64,000 bases of DNA from Octopus vulgaris. Its lineage: Eukaryota. The position numbers were made by a program, and so were the translations under genes. The number at the start of each line of letters is the position of its first letter. Positions within the stretch are counted from its first letter, which is position 1. The stretch spans positions 97,774,001-97,838,000 of the forward strand of contig OX597821.1 of NCBI GenBank assembly GCA_951406725.2, read 5' to 3'. Shown piece after piece: positions 63,753 to 64,000 of the stretch. The notes below the pieces were generated by a model. It was not told the origin of the DNA. It did not search any database and was given only the letters and a program-made list of their open reading frames with translations.

Positions 63753-64000
63753 TTAAAGAAACAGCAAAACTATAAATGATATTATTCATGTATCACTTGA
63801 ATATCTGTGCTGTACTTTGAAGCTTTCCATATGACATCTGCTAGAATTCAAAAAGTGTGATCAAGATCAAGTTTGGTAAAAATCTACACACCATGAAGAA
63901 ATAAGGAAAAATTTGCAAGTAAGGTACTGAGTAACTATTAGGAATAGTATTGGTGTTAAGTGCTCAATAGTCCTTGCAAGGATGTCAGTTACCTTATATC

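Overview
Eukaryotic, AT-rich, repeat-saturated non-genic DNA (intron or intergenic). It is very probably from an octopus, inferred from tRNA-derived SINE families resembling the octopus OR1/OR2/OK types plus very dense (TA)n/(CA)n/(GATA)n microsatellites. No intact host gene, RNA gene or CRISPR array can be supported, and most ORFs in the track are microsatellite or SINE artefacts. Recognisable content includes four SINE families (>30 copies), LINE fragments (two CR1-type families, RTE families, Tx1/L1, an R4/Dong-type REL LINE, a Penelope-like RT relic), mariner/maT elements, a Sola2-like relic, MITEs, Helitron/Helentron-type elements and two possible solo LTRs. The most interesting signal is a recurring set of short non-coding fold-back or (TA)n-embedded insertions carrying minimal type-I hammerhead-ribozyme-like motifs with variant cores. 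They fall into at least 4 unrelated sequence families, and two have 12-13 bp TSDs. They are interpreted as Penelope-like pseudo-LTR or retrozyme-like elements. Also notable are an RTE insertion with a twin-priming 5' inversion and a ~1.8 kb fold-back made of degenerate ~36-bp tandem units. Coordinates were read by eye and the boundaries of degenerate copies are approximate.
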